Shown: positions 11,088-24,112 of the stretch, piece after piece
Numbering within the stretch: the first letter of the stretch is position 1
How the letters are laid out: every line of letters starts with the position of its first letter
Source of the DNA: Paraglomus brasilianum
Taxonomy: Eukaryota
Reading direction: 5' to 3'
Assembly (NCBI GenBank): GCA_910592345.1
Contig: CAJVPI010000098.1
Span: forward strand, 1-54,504
Length of the DNA: 54,504 nt
Made by a program: the position numbers and the translations under genes
Notes under the pieces: model-generated
Seen by the model: the letters and a program-made list of their open reading frames with translations, nothing else
What the model was told of the DNA's origin: nothing
Database searches by the model: none

Positions 11088-12190
11088 ATGCTAACGCTTA
11101 TTGTTCTCCTTCAGTCAAACCAATTTTGCCCTGTAATAATCATTCATGGAGTTTTGCGTTCCTTTATTAGTTGTAAAATCATTCATGGCCTCCATACATC
11201 TATGGCTTGTTCTGTGCCAAATTCAATGCAGGGAGTTTGGAGGAAGTTATGGTATCTGTCCAGTCATATCTTCCATAGCATATCTCTCCTGTCGTGCTTT
11301 CTCTCGACGACGCAGTAATATTCGTGGTAGTATATTTGGTGTTTGTAGGCAGCGGTGGGGAAAAGGGAAAAGATCCTCCCAATTCCTCGACGTGTCTAAA
11401 GTCAATGGTTCCATCGATCTCTTTATCACAGAACAACAGCTCCATAATGTCCACTGCCTGGGAAGATGACCGATCCTTTTTCAACTTCGAGATATTGGGA
11501 GATTGTGTTAAGCCACAACACAGTAGAGATGTTTGAGGATTGTGTTGCAAGCATGTTCGAGGATAATGGATGATAACGAGGAAGAGGAGTATATAAGCAT
11601 GTATGGTGGAAATACGTATATGTGCAATAATGAAGAATTTAACAATTGGAACGATGTATGCCTCATGAAATACGTGACCGTGCAGCGTTAGGGACAAGGG
11701 TCGGTATTGCATCTCGTTGTAATCTTTGACCGATATCATACCAATTAGCAATAGGATGGAAAGTACTCATTGCAGCTATGCTAAATATAAACATTCTCAT
11801 AGGATGCGCACCATAGTAAAAATTCGATTATGCGCCAGCTATAATATTAAACCTGTATGAGAGAAGTCGGTGTATTGAGCCTTTGTCGCCATAGATGAGG
11901 AGATAGGCAACCTCCGAATATGTGCCAATTGGCCCCGCCTGATGATTGAAGAACAAGCAATTATAATGGATTGATAAATGCAGTATCCGGACGTCATGCA
12001 AATATATTAATATTGCAGTGTTTGGAAATATTACCAACGTCTTAATCCTGATAATAAGTAACGAATAAAGTAAGAGTGTAAATACATGTTACTTTACCAG
12101 TTGAAACAATTACAATGCAAATAAGCAATACACAGCTTCATTGCTCTGCAAGCCTTTTTACAAGCTCCTGACTGTGCAATTCACAGCCTC
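11088..12190 (-). pseudogene. Fragmented gene relic, unknown hydrophobic protein
   Basis: Several short overlapping minus-strand ORFs with hydrophobic stretches; shares a 27-nt segment in inverted orientation with 10772-10798. No family recognised. Confidence 0.3.
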
Positions 12191-12435
12191 GAATACATAA
12201 TTGATACCTTTATGAAATTTTGTAGATTGCTTTTAATATGTAAGTCAGAGCTGCGGTAACTGATTGCAAGAAAGGATAAGTCTGCTGTGATCTAAACAGA
12301 GTTTTTTTAAAGCATGCAGCTTCGGGGGACAATAAAAAGGACAATTGCAATTAAATCAATTTGTCAATTTTTTAGCTTCAAAAATTTTATATTAATGTTA
12401 ATCTTAAAGAAAAAAAAACTCAAGCTTAGGTTTAT

Positions 12436-13610
12436 AAGAATACTTCTTATTAATTGCACTTTTATATTACTACGCACTGTTTAACATTAGACAGTACGAC
12501 TGATATGGGCATTACAGTATACGTGAGTGGATCAAAAAGTTCTTGCCGTATGCCTCTCGTTTTACGGATGACAACATGATACTAATCAAATAAAAGCTCA
12601 AGTTCTGATCTTTAAACCAAATCAAATTTGGTTTGTTTTAAATAGACGGTTGTTGAAATATCTTTGTTCAAAGTTTGTTCATCGAAACCACTGGCTCGAA
12701 TTCCGCGTGAACAATACCGATTCTACATATCTGTTGAAATGGCAAGACGCGATAAATGTTAGTAAAATTAATGCAATATTAATGAAGTCTTGTATACATA
12801 ATGCACTAACATTATGCACAGTTTGACAGCTGGTTAAAATTTTCATGATGGAAAAAACTACTTGGAAGACGATCCTTGATCCCTTTGCGAAGCAATTTTG
12901 GAAAAATTGTCGAAAACAATAAAAACAGATACGAGAGTAAATGAGCTTTATTCTAATTACATCCTACCTTCCGTTTTTTGAAGGTACAAAGAGAGTAACT
13001 GTCCACAATGTGCTGCTGCATATGACAATGCTTGCACCTCGTCGCACATGGTATTTTTTGAAGCAAAATACGAGTCGAATTATTGCTACGTCTATAGATA
13101 ACATCATGCAATTTTTTTATTTTACCTAGGATTAAGAAAGCACTTGTAATAAGGAGAATAACAGGATCTGTTAGGGCTCTTCAGACAGTTGTTGATAGTA
13201 TCCCACAAGAGATATAACATAAGTCTTGAAAATTGGCGGAAGAGGTTACAAAAATATATAAAGGTAAGAGATGACTATTTTGAAGAAATAGCTTAGTTAG
13301 TTTTAAAATTATTATGTGGTTTTTCCGAAATAAAGCCAAGCGGCAAGAACTTTTTAATCCACCACGTATATAGCAACTTTGATGAGATCAAAGAGTTTGG
13401 ATCTGGTGGCTATGGAACGGTCTATACTGCCAAATATAGAAAGTATTCATTGGATATGCCAGAAACTGCAAACGGTTAAGAGAAGCTGGAATTATTTATT
13501 TATGAGGTGAGAAACTTTGATACTACTAATTAAAGTGATATTTAATCTGACTGCAATTTATGGAGTCACACAAGACTCAGAAACAAAAGAGTACATGTAA
13601 TATGCTAACG
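12436..13610 (+). pseudogene. Second TKL kinase relic (N-lobe), split by a mariner insertion
   Basis: 13371 onward encodes SNFDEIKEFGSGGYGTVYTAKY...ELFIYE then YGVTQDSETKEYM, paralogous to 9030-9345 (-), including the intron sequence TAATTAAAGTGATATTTAAT. Confidence 0.8.
12520..13368 (+). mobile_element. Degenerate mariner-like DNA transposon
   Basis: TIRs TACGTG(A)GTGGAT(C/T)AAAAAGTTCTTGCCG at both ends, flanked by TA. Transposase relics FFILPRIKKAL and LENWRKRLQKYIKVRDDYFEE* resemble the mariner C-terminus. Confidence 0.85.
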
Positions 13611-14152
13611 ATGGTAATCTTTTGTCTTGGTTGGATCGAAATACAGTCAACTCTGTTTATACCAGACGGGTGGGCAAGCTTTCTTTGTCCTTCCGGAACC
13701 GGTATATGGAAAGTTTATAAGAGACTCCGGTATAAACAAAGAATTTTCATATGAAACGAACGGTGCGCAAGAATCAGTCCGTCCAGTATAAAGAATTTCC
13801 GGTATATACAACAAATTGACGTGGAAGAAGAAATTACAGCGTTTGTATGATATTGCATATTAATATTATCTGACAAATATTCATAATATTCCCTTGTACA
13901 ATACAGTTTTTGATGCCTAGCAACTATGCTACTAATTTTTGCATTTTCACGAATACTAAATTTCTATTGTTACACATTTAGATTTGGAAATTTGTTGACT
14001 TACCCTTCAACACATTGCGCTGTCATCTCTCAGTAGCACAGCATGTCGCTTTACCCAATTGTTAATCCGAGAGCAGATCGCACAAGTATATTCTTTCCCG
14101 TTCGCTCGTTTTAATCGTTTGGCAGCCTCGAGTTATTAGGATACATCTACAA

Positions 14153-16423
14153 ATGCATAGAGTCGTAATTCTCCCATTCCAACATCAATGCCAATTATCA
14201 CGGCAGTGCTCAATGCGCATAGTACAATCATGTTGGCGTCAGTCGAACTGGATAACTAAGACATTTGTTCAGCGACGGTATTTAAATCAAGATACAAATG
14301 CTGCTGGCGTATGGGATCCATTTCCAGGTATCGCATTCATTCTTATCAATCCAAGAAAACAAGCGAACGTTGACAGTACCGGAATTCGATAGTAATTGAT
14401 ACAATTGTTACTTTGAAAAAAGATCCTTTCCAGCCGATTGTTGAAAAGTCTGCCGAGACAGCTTTGGACGAAGACCATGGCAGGCCAAAAAAATCTCATA
14501 AAAGTCAACAACAGACACAGCAAAGCAAGTTCATGGCTATGCTATCACCTCGTGTTATGGATGCTGTGTTAACTACTGTTATGGGTTTGGCTGCCGTTGG
14601 AATCGGCGGTACGGCTTATCATGCGTGGTAGGTTGGTTGACTCGCGTCGGGAATTGAGCGCATCACAGGAGTGCCTTTCTTTTGCATGTACATTTCCATC
14701 TGTTATGCTATTATCGACTGTCAATTCGTTCGATTTTTCGCTGCTGTATCATATGATTCCTTACTACAATTGCTACAACAAATTCCCGAATCACGTATTA
14801 ACCTTGTCTTTGAACATATTCATTCCAAGGTACGAATGGAGTGAAGTACACAAGGTCTACAAGTCCTTTACCGAACCCTCACCATTGTTGAAATCGCGAA
14901 TCAAACGCGGTTACTTCCATCGAGACGAGCAAAGACGCATAGACCGTGCTGTAACTGGACACACGGATGCAAAGTATTACTTATTAATGGGTGAAAGGGG
15001 AACGGGGAAGACGCAATTGGTGCTGAACGCTATGGATAAAGTTGGTCATTATGGGATTGTGTTCTGTGAGGCACATTCGGATAGTGAGGTATTTAAGGCA
15101 AGGTTGGGAAGGGCACTGAACTATTTGTATAGAGAGGATTATGTTGGACAATTATTTGCTCGAGAGGCGCCGGAGAGAGGTGGGTGTTGGAAGGTGGAGG
15201 TATATGGGTATGAAGAAATTGGGAGCAAGATCTCTTGGACGGACTGGACTAAACGTCGAATTGAGGAAGACATGTTAGCTTACATGGTTGGGATAAAACA
15301 TATTCTTGTCATGTGAATGCCTATCTTAAGTTGTATTTCTCTTGTTTCTCTAGGTTCAGCTTTACTTGATATAGAAAAAGCCTTGAACATTGTTGAACTG
15401 GTTGCGTACAAATATCAGCGACGACGTGGACGTCCACTTGTTCTTGTCATCAACAACATCCATGCCTTTGGTGAAGATGAAGAAGGGGTTGACCTGCTAG
15501 AAATTCTTCGGCAGCGTGCTGAAGCATGGGCAGCTACCAGACTCGTGACAATGATTTTCAACACTGATGATTATGCGGTCTACGAAAGGTTGAGTACGTA
15601 TCTATCGCTATTACTGATTTTCACACATAGACTTTTCACACGTGCGAGATTATGTGGTTCATATGATAATAATACATCATCGCTATAGAAAGAGATGCAG
15701 CACGCATGGAAGTCATCCGAATTGAGGATTTGGAATTAAAGGATGCCGTTAAATTCCTAAAGGATAAACGACATAGAAAAGAACCAGACGAAGTCTATGA
15801 ACGATATGTTAAGGAATGTGTTGGTGGGCGATTGGCATTTCTGAATAGATTAGCAAAGGCAAACGATCTTGAAGGTAAGCATGGTAAAACAAACAACCAC
15901 GGTCTGTTTTATTCGCCCGCGGGTTACTCACGTCCACTGTTGCTCTATTTTCTTTGTGTTTGCAGTCATGATTAAAATAATAGAACACGAAGAGCGAACA
16001 TGGATAATAAACACGATAGGTTTGATTCCTGACTTTGAAGAATCCGAATTTGACAACCAGAAATATGCAGCAGCCGCCTGGAAGCTAATTCGTGCTATAG
16101 TTCAATCTCCGACAAAGTCAATTCCTTTGAACGACTGCCGTATTATCACTGGTAACTCGAGCTTCCACAGAAGGCTCGATCACGATAATATAATACTTGT
16201 TGACACAGATAATAACGTTACAGCGGATTCCAAGATGTTGATGAATATTTTTGAGGGGATTGTGAATTCTGAAGGATTCGATGAGTTATTGAATAATGTT
16301 TTGAGTAGAATAGAAGAAGTAGACAAAGAGCAGAGAACAAGGGAGATTGTATGGAGTAGGAAAAATGATCAAGTCGTTAAATTTGGAATGGATCGAGCTA
16401 AAGCGAGGGGTGTCTTTTGGTAA
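14153..16423 (+). CDS. P-loop ATPase-domain protein with one N-terminal TM segment; 6 exons: 14153-14327, 14393-14627, 14830-15179, 15354-15593, 15689-15874, 15966-16423
   Basis: Five GT-AG introns give a continuous frame. Walker A GERGTGKT, Walker-B-like LVLVINNIH, hydrophobic segment AVLTTVMGLAAVGIGG, and an R/S/Q-rich N-terminus resembling a mitochondrial presequence. Confidence 0.85.
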
Positions 16424-18320
16424 AAGTAGTAACTTGTGCGTATTTTGTTATTATAGATTGTGCTGGATGAGTGCCGATTATCTATATATACAGTGCTTCG
16501 TAAAAGCTCTTGAATAGAATTTATATAAAGCATTCCAATTATGGGAGATTGAAAGGTCACTAAATCTTTTTTTAGATGATACGCAAACGCGTTACTTCAC
16601 TGACAATGTTTTTTCGAATCAATGATAACGCAGGATTAATGGATACTGTTATAGTTGATCGCAAGGCGAAAGTTTCGAAAGTTTAGTAATTTTGTTGAAA
16701 TATACAATTCCAACCTTTGAAGGATTTTTTAACAACGATATCATCTGCGACAACCTTTCGACTCTATAATTCAATCATCAACTAACAACTTTTTGCTTCC
16801 GTTTCATTGATCTCGCGCTTCTTAGTTTACTAGTTTTTGCACGTGATCAAGCATTACCCTAGAAATAAGAATCGCGAATCTAAAAATATTAATCACGTGT
16901 AAGCATTTGGATAATATTTTATGTGGTCAGGTACATGCGCAAATTCCTCTAACTTAAAAAAATTGTAACGTGAACAATGTTTGATTTCTATAAATACGTC
17001 AGCCTTAATTATTTGAATCTAATGCATTAAGAGGTAGGGAGTGCAAGAGGCAAATACGTTAATTAATATTAAGTAAGCAAGATTGTTTACATAAATGATT
17101 GTTAGAAATAATTGTTCTAAACACAATTTCCTGTTAGAATTATTATTAGGTCTACCTGATAGTAATAGCATACTTTCTTACATTTCAAGCTTGCGTTATA
17201 ATGCTCTTATTATGGGGAAAGCTCAACCTCTCTTCCAATTTCTTATAGTGAAAATTTTATACGAGTATTTATGTTAATCATCCCTTGTGGCTCATGACCT
17301 TAATTGTCTGCAGGAGAAGCAATTGTTTTAGGTCTTTAATAAACAGAATTATTAATTACTTGTCATTTCAATATCAGGTTGACGTGTATAAGATCGGCAA
17401 TTAATTTGGGGCAAGTTAATATTAAACCATTTTTAGAGCCGAGTATAGTAATTATGTGTTCTATCTTTGATATTAAAAATAGAACGTCAAGATAAATTTT
17501 AAATGAACAGCTTTCTTATCAGCAACAATTACGATATAGTAAGATAGACTGTTTATCTGACTAAAATCATTTTACTTCAGTCTAAACGCGAGTCTTTTAT
17601 TTCGCATGGAATATCAACACCGCGCATTGGGTAACTTGTCCCGACGTCGACATACACCCAACAAAAATATTGTTAATATCGCTCTTTCTATTCGGCGATC
17701 CCGACCCAAAGGTACATATTGCACCGGTCTCACCGAGAAGGGTTAACGTATACTAAAAGCTTGGCAGCCGTTTGTTATGGTTTAGCATTAGGATAAAAAA
17801 CGATCAGACACCTCCGAATCATTAACAAAGGCAAGGTTTTCAAGGCGAATATTAAGATTAAAATATTTACTCATATTTTCGCCCGCATCAAACCTATAGA
17901 TGTCTTTTTGGAATGGCGCCTCTTTATAAAATCCGGTTTGAATCGTACTACATTTGTTAACTTCCTTCAAAGGGAGACGAAGCTTGCCGTTTGCTAAACA
18001 ACAGCTGCTTTATTATTGTTCGTGTTGTTCACATTGTTTTTTTTATCTGAATAATGGTTACTCGAAGCAACCCTAATGAAACTCCATGAAATATTTCCAT
18101 CTTGTGACTAATTGGTTTCGGAGAGGAAAAAAATGGAGAAAAAAAAATAAAATTTATTAATCCACCCATCATCTGATCACGGATAACGACGACGGAGAAT
18201 TAATATTACAACAATCGACGTTAGACAACGCTTGTTTAATATATACATGTATGTATGCAATTTACGTGCTGAATACATATATATACGCGATCCCATCAAC
18301 GAACAGTTGGTTATCGAATT

Positions 18321-19283
18321 CTATTGAGCTTCAACTTCGTAATTTCTACGTCCAGTAAACTGATGGAGAGCAGAGAAGGCTTTGTTGGTCAAACCGGAAA
18401 CCTTATTTGATCCATCAACCAACATCTCGGCATATGGCGCAGTAAATTGACTGACTTTTTGCTGATTGCTTGTCATAAAGTCGGAACTAAGAATTGGAGT
18501 TACAAAACCAACACCCTTTACTTGAGCCTGCGAGATGACACTACGACCCTTGACACCGATTTCGCCAGCACGAGCCGTAAGGTGAGAGGTAGCATGGTTA
18601 GCAGAATAGATAAACGAGCCAGCCCCGCTGACAAGTTTGCCCAAGGCTACGCGGACAACGTTTTCGTACCACCAGTTTACGAGAGGAACGCTTTTGATTA
18701 AGGCATCGAGAGTCCAGCTGTCTTCTTGATGGTAAACGACAAGTTTGCCATCCTCGCGTTCCCGGAGTTTGAGAATAGTTTGAGCGGGCACTTGCAAATG
18801 AATGAAAGGTATAATACGTGGACGGAGATGCTGTATGGTGCGAACAACAGCAGTTTCACCACTGATATGCATGGAAAGGAAGGATGGTGAATTAGTATCG
18901 AAAAATCACAAGTAGTCATTGTTACAATTGATATCTCTGAATATCTCAACAGTGCTGATTTTTTTGTATGCTTACTCAAAGACGGGAGTTTCTACTATGC
19001 TTGGTTCCTGAGAATTAAGAGAGATCCATACACGATATACTTTACGGATGTTGAAAGTCCCCTTGGTGGTGAGGAATGGATGCGAAAGTGTCGCATCTTC
19101 ATCAAAGTAGTTATCAAGGATATGCCTATGTCTATTCTCGTCGTACGAGACAAGGTCTTCAATTAATCCTAATGATATATACAGCCCAGTTACTTGTAAG
19201 CCATAACTATCCGTTCAACGTTTCTCAACACCACAAGATGGGTGACACTCACTTGCTAGACTATCGCAATCCCCTTTCTCCAT
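18321..19283 (-). CDS. NTF2/SnoaL-like domain protein; 3 exons: 19283-19253, 19168-18976, 18861-18321
   Basis: Two GT-AG introns join MEKGDCDSLAR/LIEDLVSYDENRHRHILDNYFDEDATLSHPF...VFD/GETAVV...VVYHQEDSW in frame. The YFxEDAxLxHP and HQEDxW motifs are typical of NTF2-like folds. Confidence 0.82.
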
Positions 19284-21199
19284 AATCGAATGTAAAGATT
19301 GGGGGCAGTTGGAGTTTTTTTCTAATAATGCCGAGTGATGCGCTTACATTTGATTTATATATGTCTCCTATCTTTCACATGCTTTTAAAATGTGGCTTAC
19401 GTCACTCCTTGCGTTATTTACTATGCGTTGATAGTAACCATATTAATATGACATCATATAAAGAACTTGTGACAGACTAAAATATACATTACGGAGACAC
19501 GAATCAAATGTGATCTGTAAAATCATATGTTTGTCAATGCAACTCATCTGAAGGAGACAAATGCATAAATAATCGCATACGCACTAACGGAACGGAATGT
19601 CGACTACCAAAAGTCACGGATGGCATTGGATAACAATATGAATGTTGGATGTGGTCAAGGGTGCATCATCAGACCTGTGGTTTTAGACTAGCAAGTCTCG
19701 TATTATTTGCGAGATAACAAAGGGTCCCTTTTATATTAATATGTGCAAAGCCACAGTCCACTATCTCTCACACATTGTTATATTATGCTTACAAAGACGA
19801 TCTGCTTACCCCCACCTTAATAAACGTGATGATATCTAATATAGTTAGTTGTTCTCAGATATAGCGAATCTTGTCCCATCCAATTTAGTGGACAGGGACT
19901 ACTGCATCACGATAACCCAGTATCAAAATGAGAGTCGGTATATCGATATTCTCATTTAGCGTCCCCAGATAATTGTTTGCCATGTGAGTCAGGAGGGTAT
20001 TCGTATCACCTGTGATTGCTCGAGTTTGCTATTTTTGTAATTTCTGTCCGCATATGATCATCAAATAAGCTTTTTCTCACGGTCAGCATAATCAAGGAAT
20101 GTGAGGCTTAGCAAATATGGTACTTTTCAACAAACATGAGAATGTATGTTCAGTGTTAGTGTTAGTGCTAGTACTAGGGTGACAGACTATCTTGACATTG
20201 TTGTAATAGCAATATTAATATGCATATGTAAGCGTATGTTGATACTATTTATATTTGTATTTCCAAATTAAGCAAACTGAGGAGCCACAACGGTTTTGAT
20301 CAAGGGGTTTTAACCAGATCACTTTTAAACCGTTTCTGGAAACACTTTGTGTAGGATATGGCAAGCGGAGTGGGGTACCAAGTTTTTCACCTGGTTTTCA
20401 AACATCATCTATGCCTCGGACGTCGAATTCTTCAAATTAATTGTTATAATTAGTAAGTACGTATTAAAGAGTAATCCCAATTGATGCAGAAACGACGATT
20501 ATACGCAGATAATCGCTATAGAACCAAAGCCAGAATTTTGTGTCATTGTGAGTTTTCTTAGAATAACGCGCTTGTAATAATCTTTCAGTAGAAACGCTTA
20601 AGAAATTATATCAGTTAAAGATAAATTGCATAAACTTTCGGCAAAGATATAAATGTATCAGTCACGCTGTCGAGTTTAAAAGAGCATTCATTTTGGAAAA
20701 TAAATAGTCAGGATGGACATCTAAACCATTCTCTTCATTTACGACGATGAAACTTTGTAGGGTTGGACAATTTCTGCATAAATAAAATGTACTTTGTATT
20801 GGACACCAACCGTTTGCGACAACTCTAAAAAGGCAAGGGAAGCCGTTAGAAAAAATCAGTACAAATTAAGCACCAAACTTCCAATTTCTAATGCAATTAA
20901 TCTACGTACGGGCATATTTATGGTTGATACATTAAGGAATCAGACACACAAATCGTATCAACGTCCATCGTGCGACAATTTTTTTATTGAAAGAGTGAAA
21001 CTTTGTATAAACTGTAAATAAAACGTGAGCCACAAATTTTGAGTTGTTAAATTATAAAACAATGGACGATGTTAATATTGTAAATTAACACAATCACACA
21101 CAAAACCAATTTTGTCTTTGTTTTTTAGTTTATATAAATTGCTAGTGGGTAAAAGCTTATTGGGAATATTGCTCTCCCTCTCGACAACGGTCTATGACA

Positions 21200-21480
21200 A
21201 TGAATTTCAAACGTCAGATTTTATCGCCGCAGCGATTCAGAGATGTGATTGCTAATATCCCCTTACAATCACAACAACGCATCAGTCAATGCTGAATAGG
21301 CATCGCATACTGATTTCTATCAAACTGCCTATCTCTGAAAGGTGGTTCACTGATGGCAATCATTATACGTGATAATACAAAAAAAAGATACGTGATAATA
21401 CAAAAAGAATATATGTCTGATTTCTGACTAAATTTACAAGTATGAAATACTTTCGTGTAAGACGTCTCGAATGATTGAGT
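21200..21480 (-). pseudogene. Third TKL kinase relic (C-lobe fragment)
   Basis: Minus strand encodes KVFHTCKFSQKSDIYSF and EPPFRDRQFDR, near-identical to 8680-8765. Confidence 0.75.
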
Positions 21481-21939
21481 TTCAATTTTCTGATTGGCGC
21501 TTCTAAACAGGCATCATTAGCTGTATTTGAGTTGTTATTGTTGCAGTCCATCAACGAATTCCACATTCAGAGCAAAATCCACATCGAAAATAACTTTGTA
21601 TCGGCGACCATAAAACAGTTGCCATTACACTTTGTAAAGTTTCATTGTTTAGTCCCTTAGCGATGAAAGGATTTGTCATACCCACAATCGTACGTGCATC
21701 GATTATATTTTCGTCATCTTCACTCTCGAGATTACGTTTGGTTTCTTGAAGAGGATTTGGTAGGGCGTTGTAATCTTTGATGGCTTCTTGTTGTGGGAAA
21801 TATTCTGTTCGCTCCACTAATGAGCGGTGTTTTGTTGTTAGACGTTCTCCACCGGGTTTGTTCGATCATGTAGTCGCCATTATATGTTATCTCGCTGACA
21901 TCAACATCGATACGTGTTACGTCCTTATTTAGAAGTATA

Positions 21940-22311
21940 AACAAGTTGATTTCGGAAATCGCAGAACTGCAAAACTTTCGTGGCATGCTAATTGACACAG
22001 TCTACAGACACGGCATTAACATCAATTACCGCATTCTTCCGAAAATAAGCAACACGCGTTTGTTATAAATATTATGTGGTGGCATGTTGCTTAAGCTTCT
22101 GAATTCTACAGTATATGAGATTATCGTATATGAATTCCAGCTCAAATATTTTGAGGTGTACATCATGAAAGAGACGTTCAGATTTTCTACTCCAAAAACT
22201 TGGAAAGATATGAAGCATGTGCACGAGACTGTAATCGGATTCTTGAAATATGAGGTTTGTATAAATTGCACTATAGAAGCAACAGAATATGTAACATTTT
22301 TCACGTATTAG
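21940..22311 (+). pseudogene. Fragment of an unknown expanded-family gene
   Basis: Protein-like tail YEIIVYEFQLKYFEVYIMKETFRFSTPKTWKDMKHVHETVIGFLKYE with upstream stops; no intact gene model. Confidence 0.3.
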
Positions 22312-22406
22312 CATCTATTATCCGAAAGTGCGAACACTATAGAAGCATTTTTATGGAACGATAATGAAGATGAGAATTTTCAGAGAGCGCGAATTAATTA
22401 AGTTTT

Positions 22407-22827
22407 ATTCCCCCCGAAAGTAATGGCGGTGTGCTTTTTTCTGAAATAGGCACAATAACTATTATTTGTAAGTGTAAGTATGCATCTGAAAGATTAAAAT
22501 ATGCTTTTACCGCAAAGCTGTCTAATTTTAAGTAAAGTTGTTTGAGGGCTGGTGCTGCTAAGAGCCTAAAGCTTCTTTTTTTTTGAAAAAGTCAATTGTT
22601 ATCATATTTAATCAGATAGACACAGAAACAAAATGCTTAGATATTTCTAATGTTTAAAATTGGCTTATTCTTAAAATTTTTTACGAGTTCGATTATTTTA
22701 AGAAACACGCTGCACCGAATAATACGGTACTTCTATCTACGTTTTTCAATAATGTTAAAATAATTATTACTATACACAGATTTTGATAATAATATGTGAA
22801 ATCACCCGCCATTACTTTTCGGGACTG
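22407..22827. mobile_element. Degenerate TIR element (MITE-like)
   Basis: CCCGAAAGTAATGGCGGTG near 22413 versus right-end reverse complement CAGTCCCGAAAAGTAATGGCGGGTG, with TA following at 22828. Confidence 0.5.
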
Positions 22828-24112
22828 TATCTGGGGCCATGCGTTTTATTCTCATTAATTAAACTGAGGGTGCAGCATATTTGCTTGTGAAATAAACTAG
22901 TGCACTAGTGCGACCTAAAATACCTGATAGACATCTCGATCATTGTTTTAAGAGATAGAGGTATATGAATCGGTTCTGCGTTCAAGTCATAATAAAGCAT
23001 CGAACGTTTTTTCGAAGTAATGCGTACATGCTTTGAGGTGGGAGTAATAAAACCTGCCTCAAAAAGCTAAGACTATTTCCTTTTTATGGCACGTGCTTTT
23101 AGGCAATAAAATATCCAGAGGATTAAAGTCCTGTATGTTTTCTTTCAGAAAATCTAATACAGTATCGAATCTGGACAATTCATCAACAGGGTCATCAACA
23201 GGGAGACACAGCTCGGGAAATGAGAGAACCCACGCAAACGATTTCTTTAGACTCGCGCTTTGCGGGTCTTCTCCCAAAAATATCATTTTTAATGTTACTA
23301 TTATCACTAGCACATTCAGATGTTCTCTCGGAAACATGTCTCTACCTCGAATGAAGTTATAAGAAAGTTAAAGTCCAAGAGGCCAAGTTGACCACTATCA
23401 TGTGTATGTAATACTGAATAGTTTAATGTTCCCACAGTACATACATGTGAATAATCAAACCCAAACTTATTCCATAACCAATAAGGACTAACACTAAGAA
23501 GCAAATCTCAATTACGTGTGCAATTGTGAAATTCTAGTAAATAAAGTTGGAGTTTAATATAGTAATGACTGAAATACCAACGTTTGAATTATGTGCCAAA
23601 TTATGAAATCGATTGCTGTGAAATCGAAAGAAGAGAAATGTCAATCTAGAGTCGAGTTGAGTTAAGGGTGCGATATTAATAGGCATTCTTATTCTCGACT
23701 GAAAAATGAGATCTTTTTTCATCCAGAAAGTAACGTTCTCATAATGTTTTACGAAAGATATTTATAGAAATTTCGCCCCCCACCAGAATGATATCAAACA
23801 TTGCGCCATCGATGCATGCTTTTCCCATCACTATTCTTTTGATTCATTGGTGGAGGCCGACCAAAACAGAAATAGCAGTGGAAATTATCATAATGTGGCT
23901 GTTAAATTTTTTGTATGTAACACAATTGCTCACGGGATAGTTCATATCTCACGGGATAGTTCACATAAACATCCGGCTCTCACGACGAAGTTTATCGGCA
24001 CACATTCCGTATGAATTAAACCAATTACAATATACACATTCATAGCAAATACATATTTAAGCAATATAATCCACCTTTTCAACTTAATATAGACTAGCTG
24101 GGGTTGGAGACG

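Noticed and set aside
14597..15688. Separate 239-aa and 123-aa ORFs
   Set aside because: They are exons plus intron read-through of the single gene at 14153-16423.
17580..18000. CpG-retaining stretch with a 60-aa ORF
   Set aside because: No consistent frame, splice model or motif.
23059..23504. Minus-strand ORFs divergent from IRE1
   Set aside because: Protein-like but no credible start, splice model or family; possible relic only.
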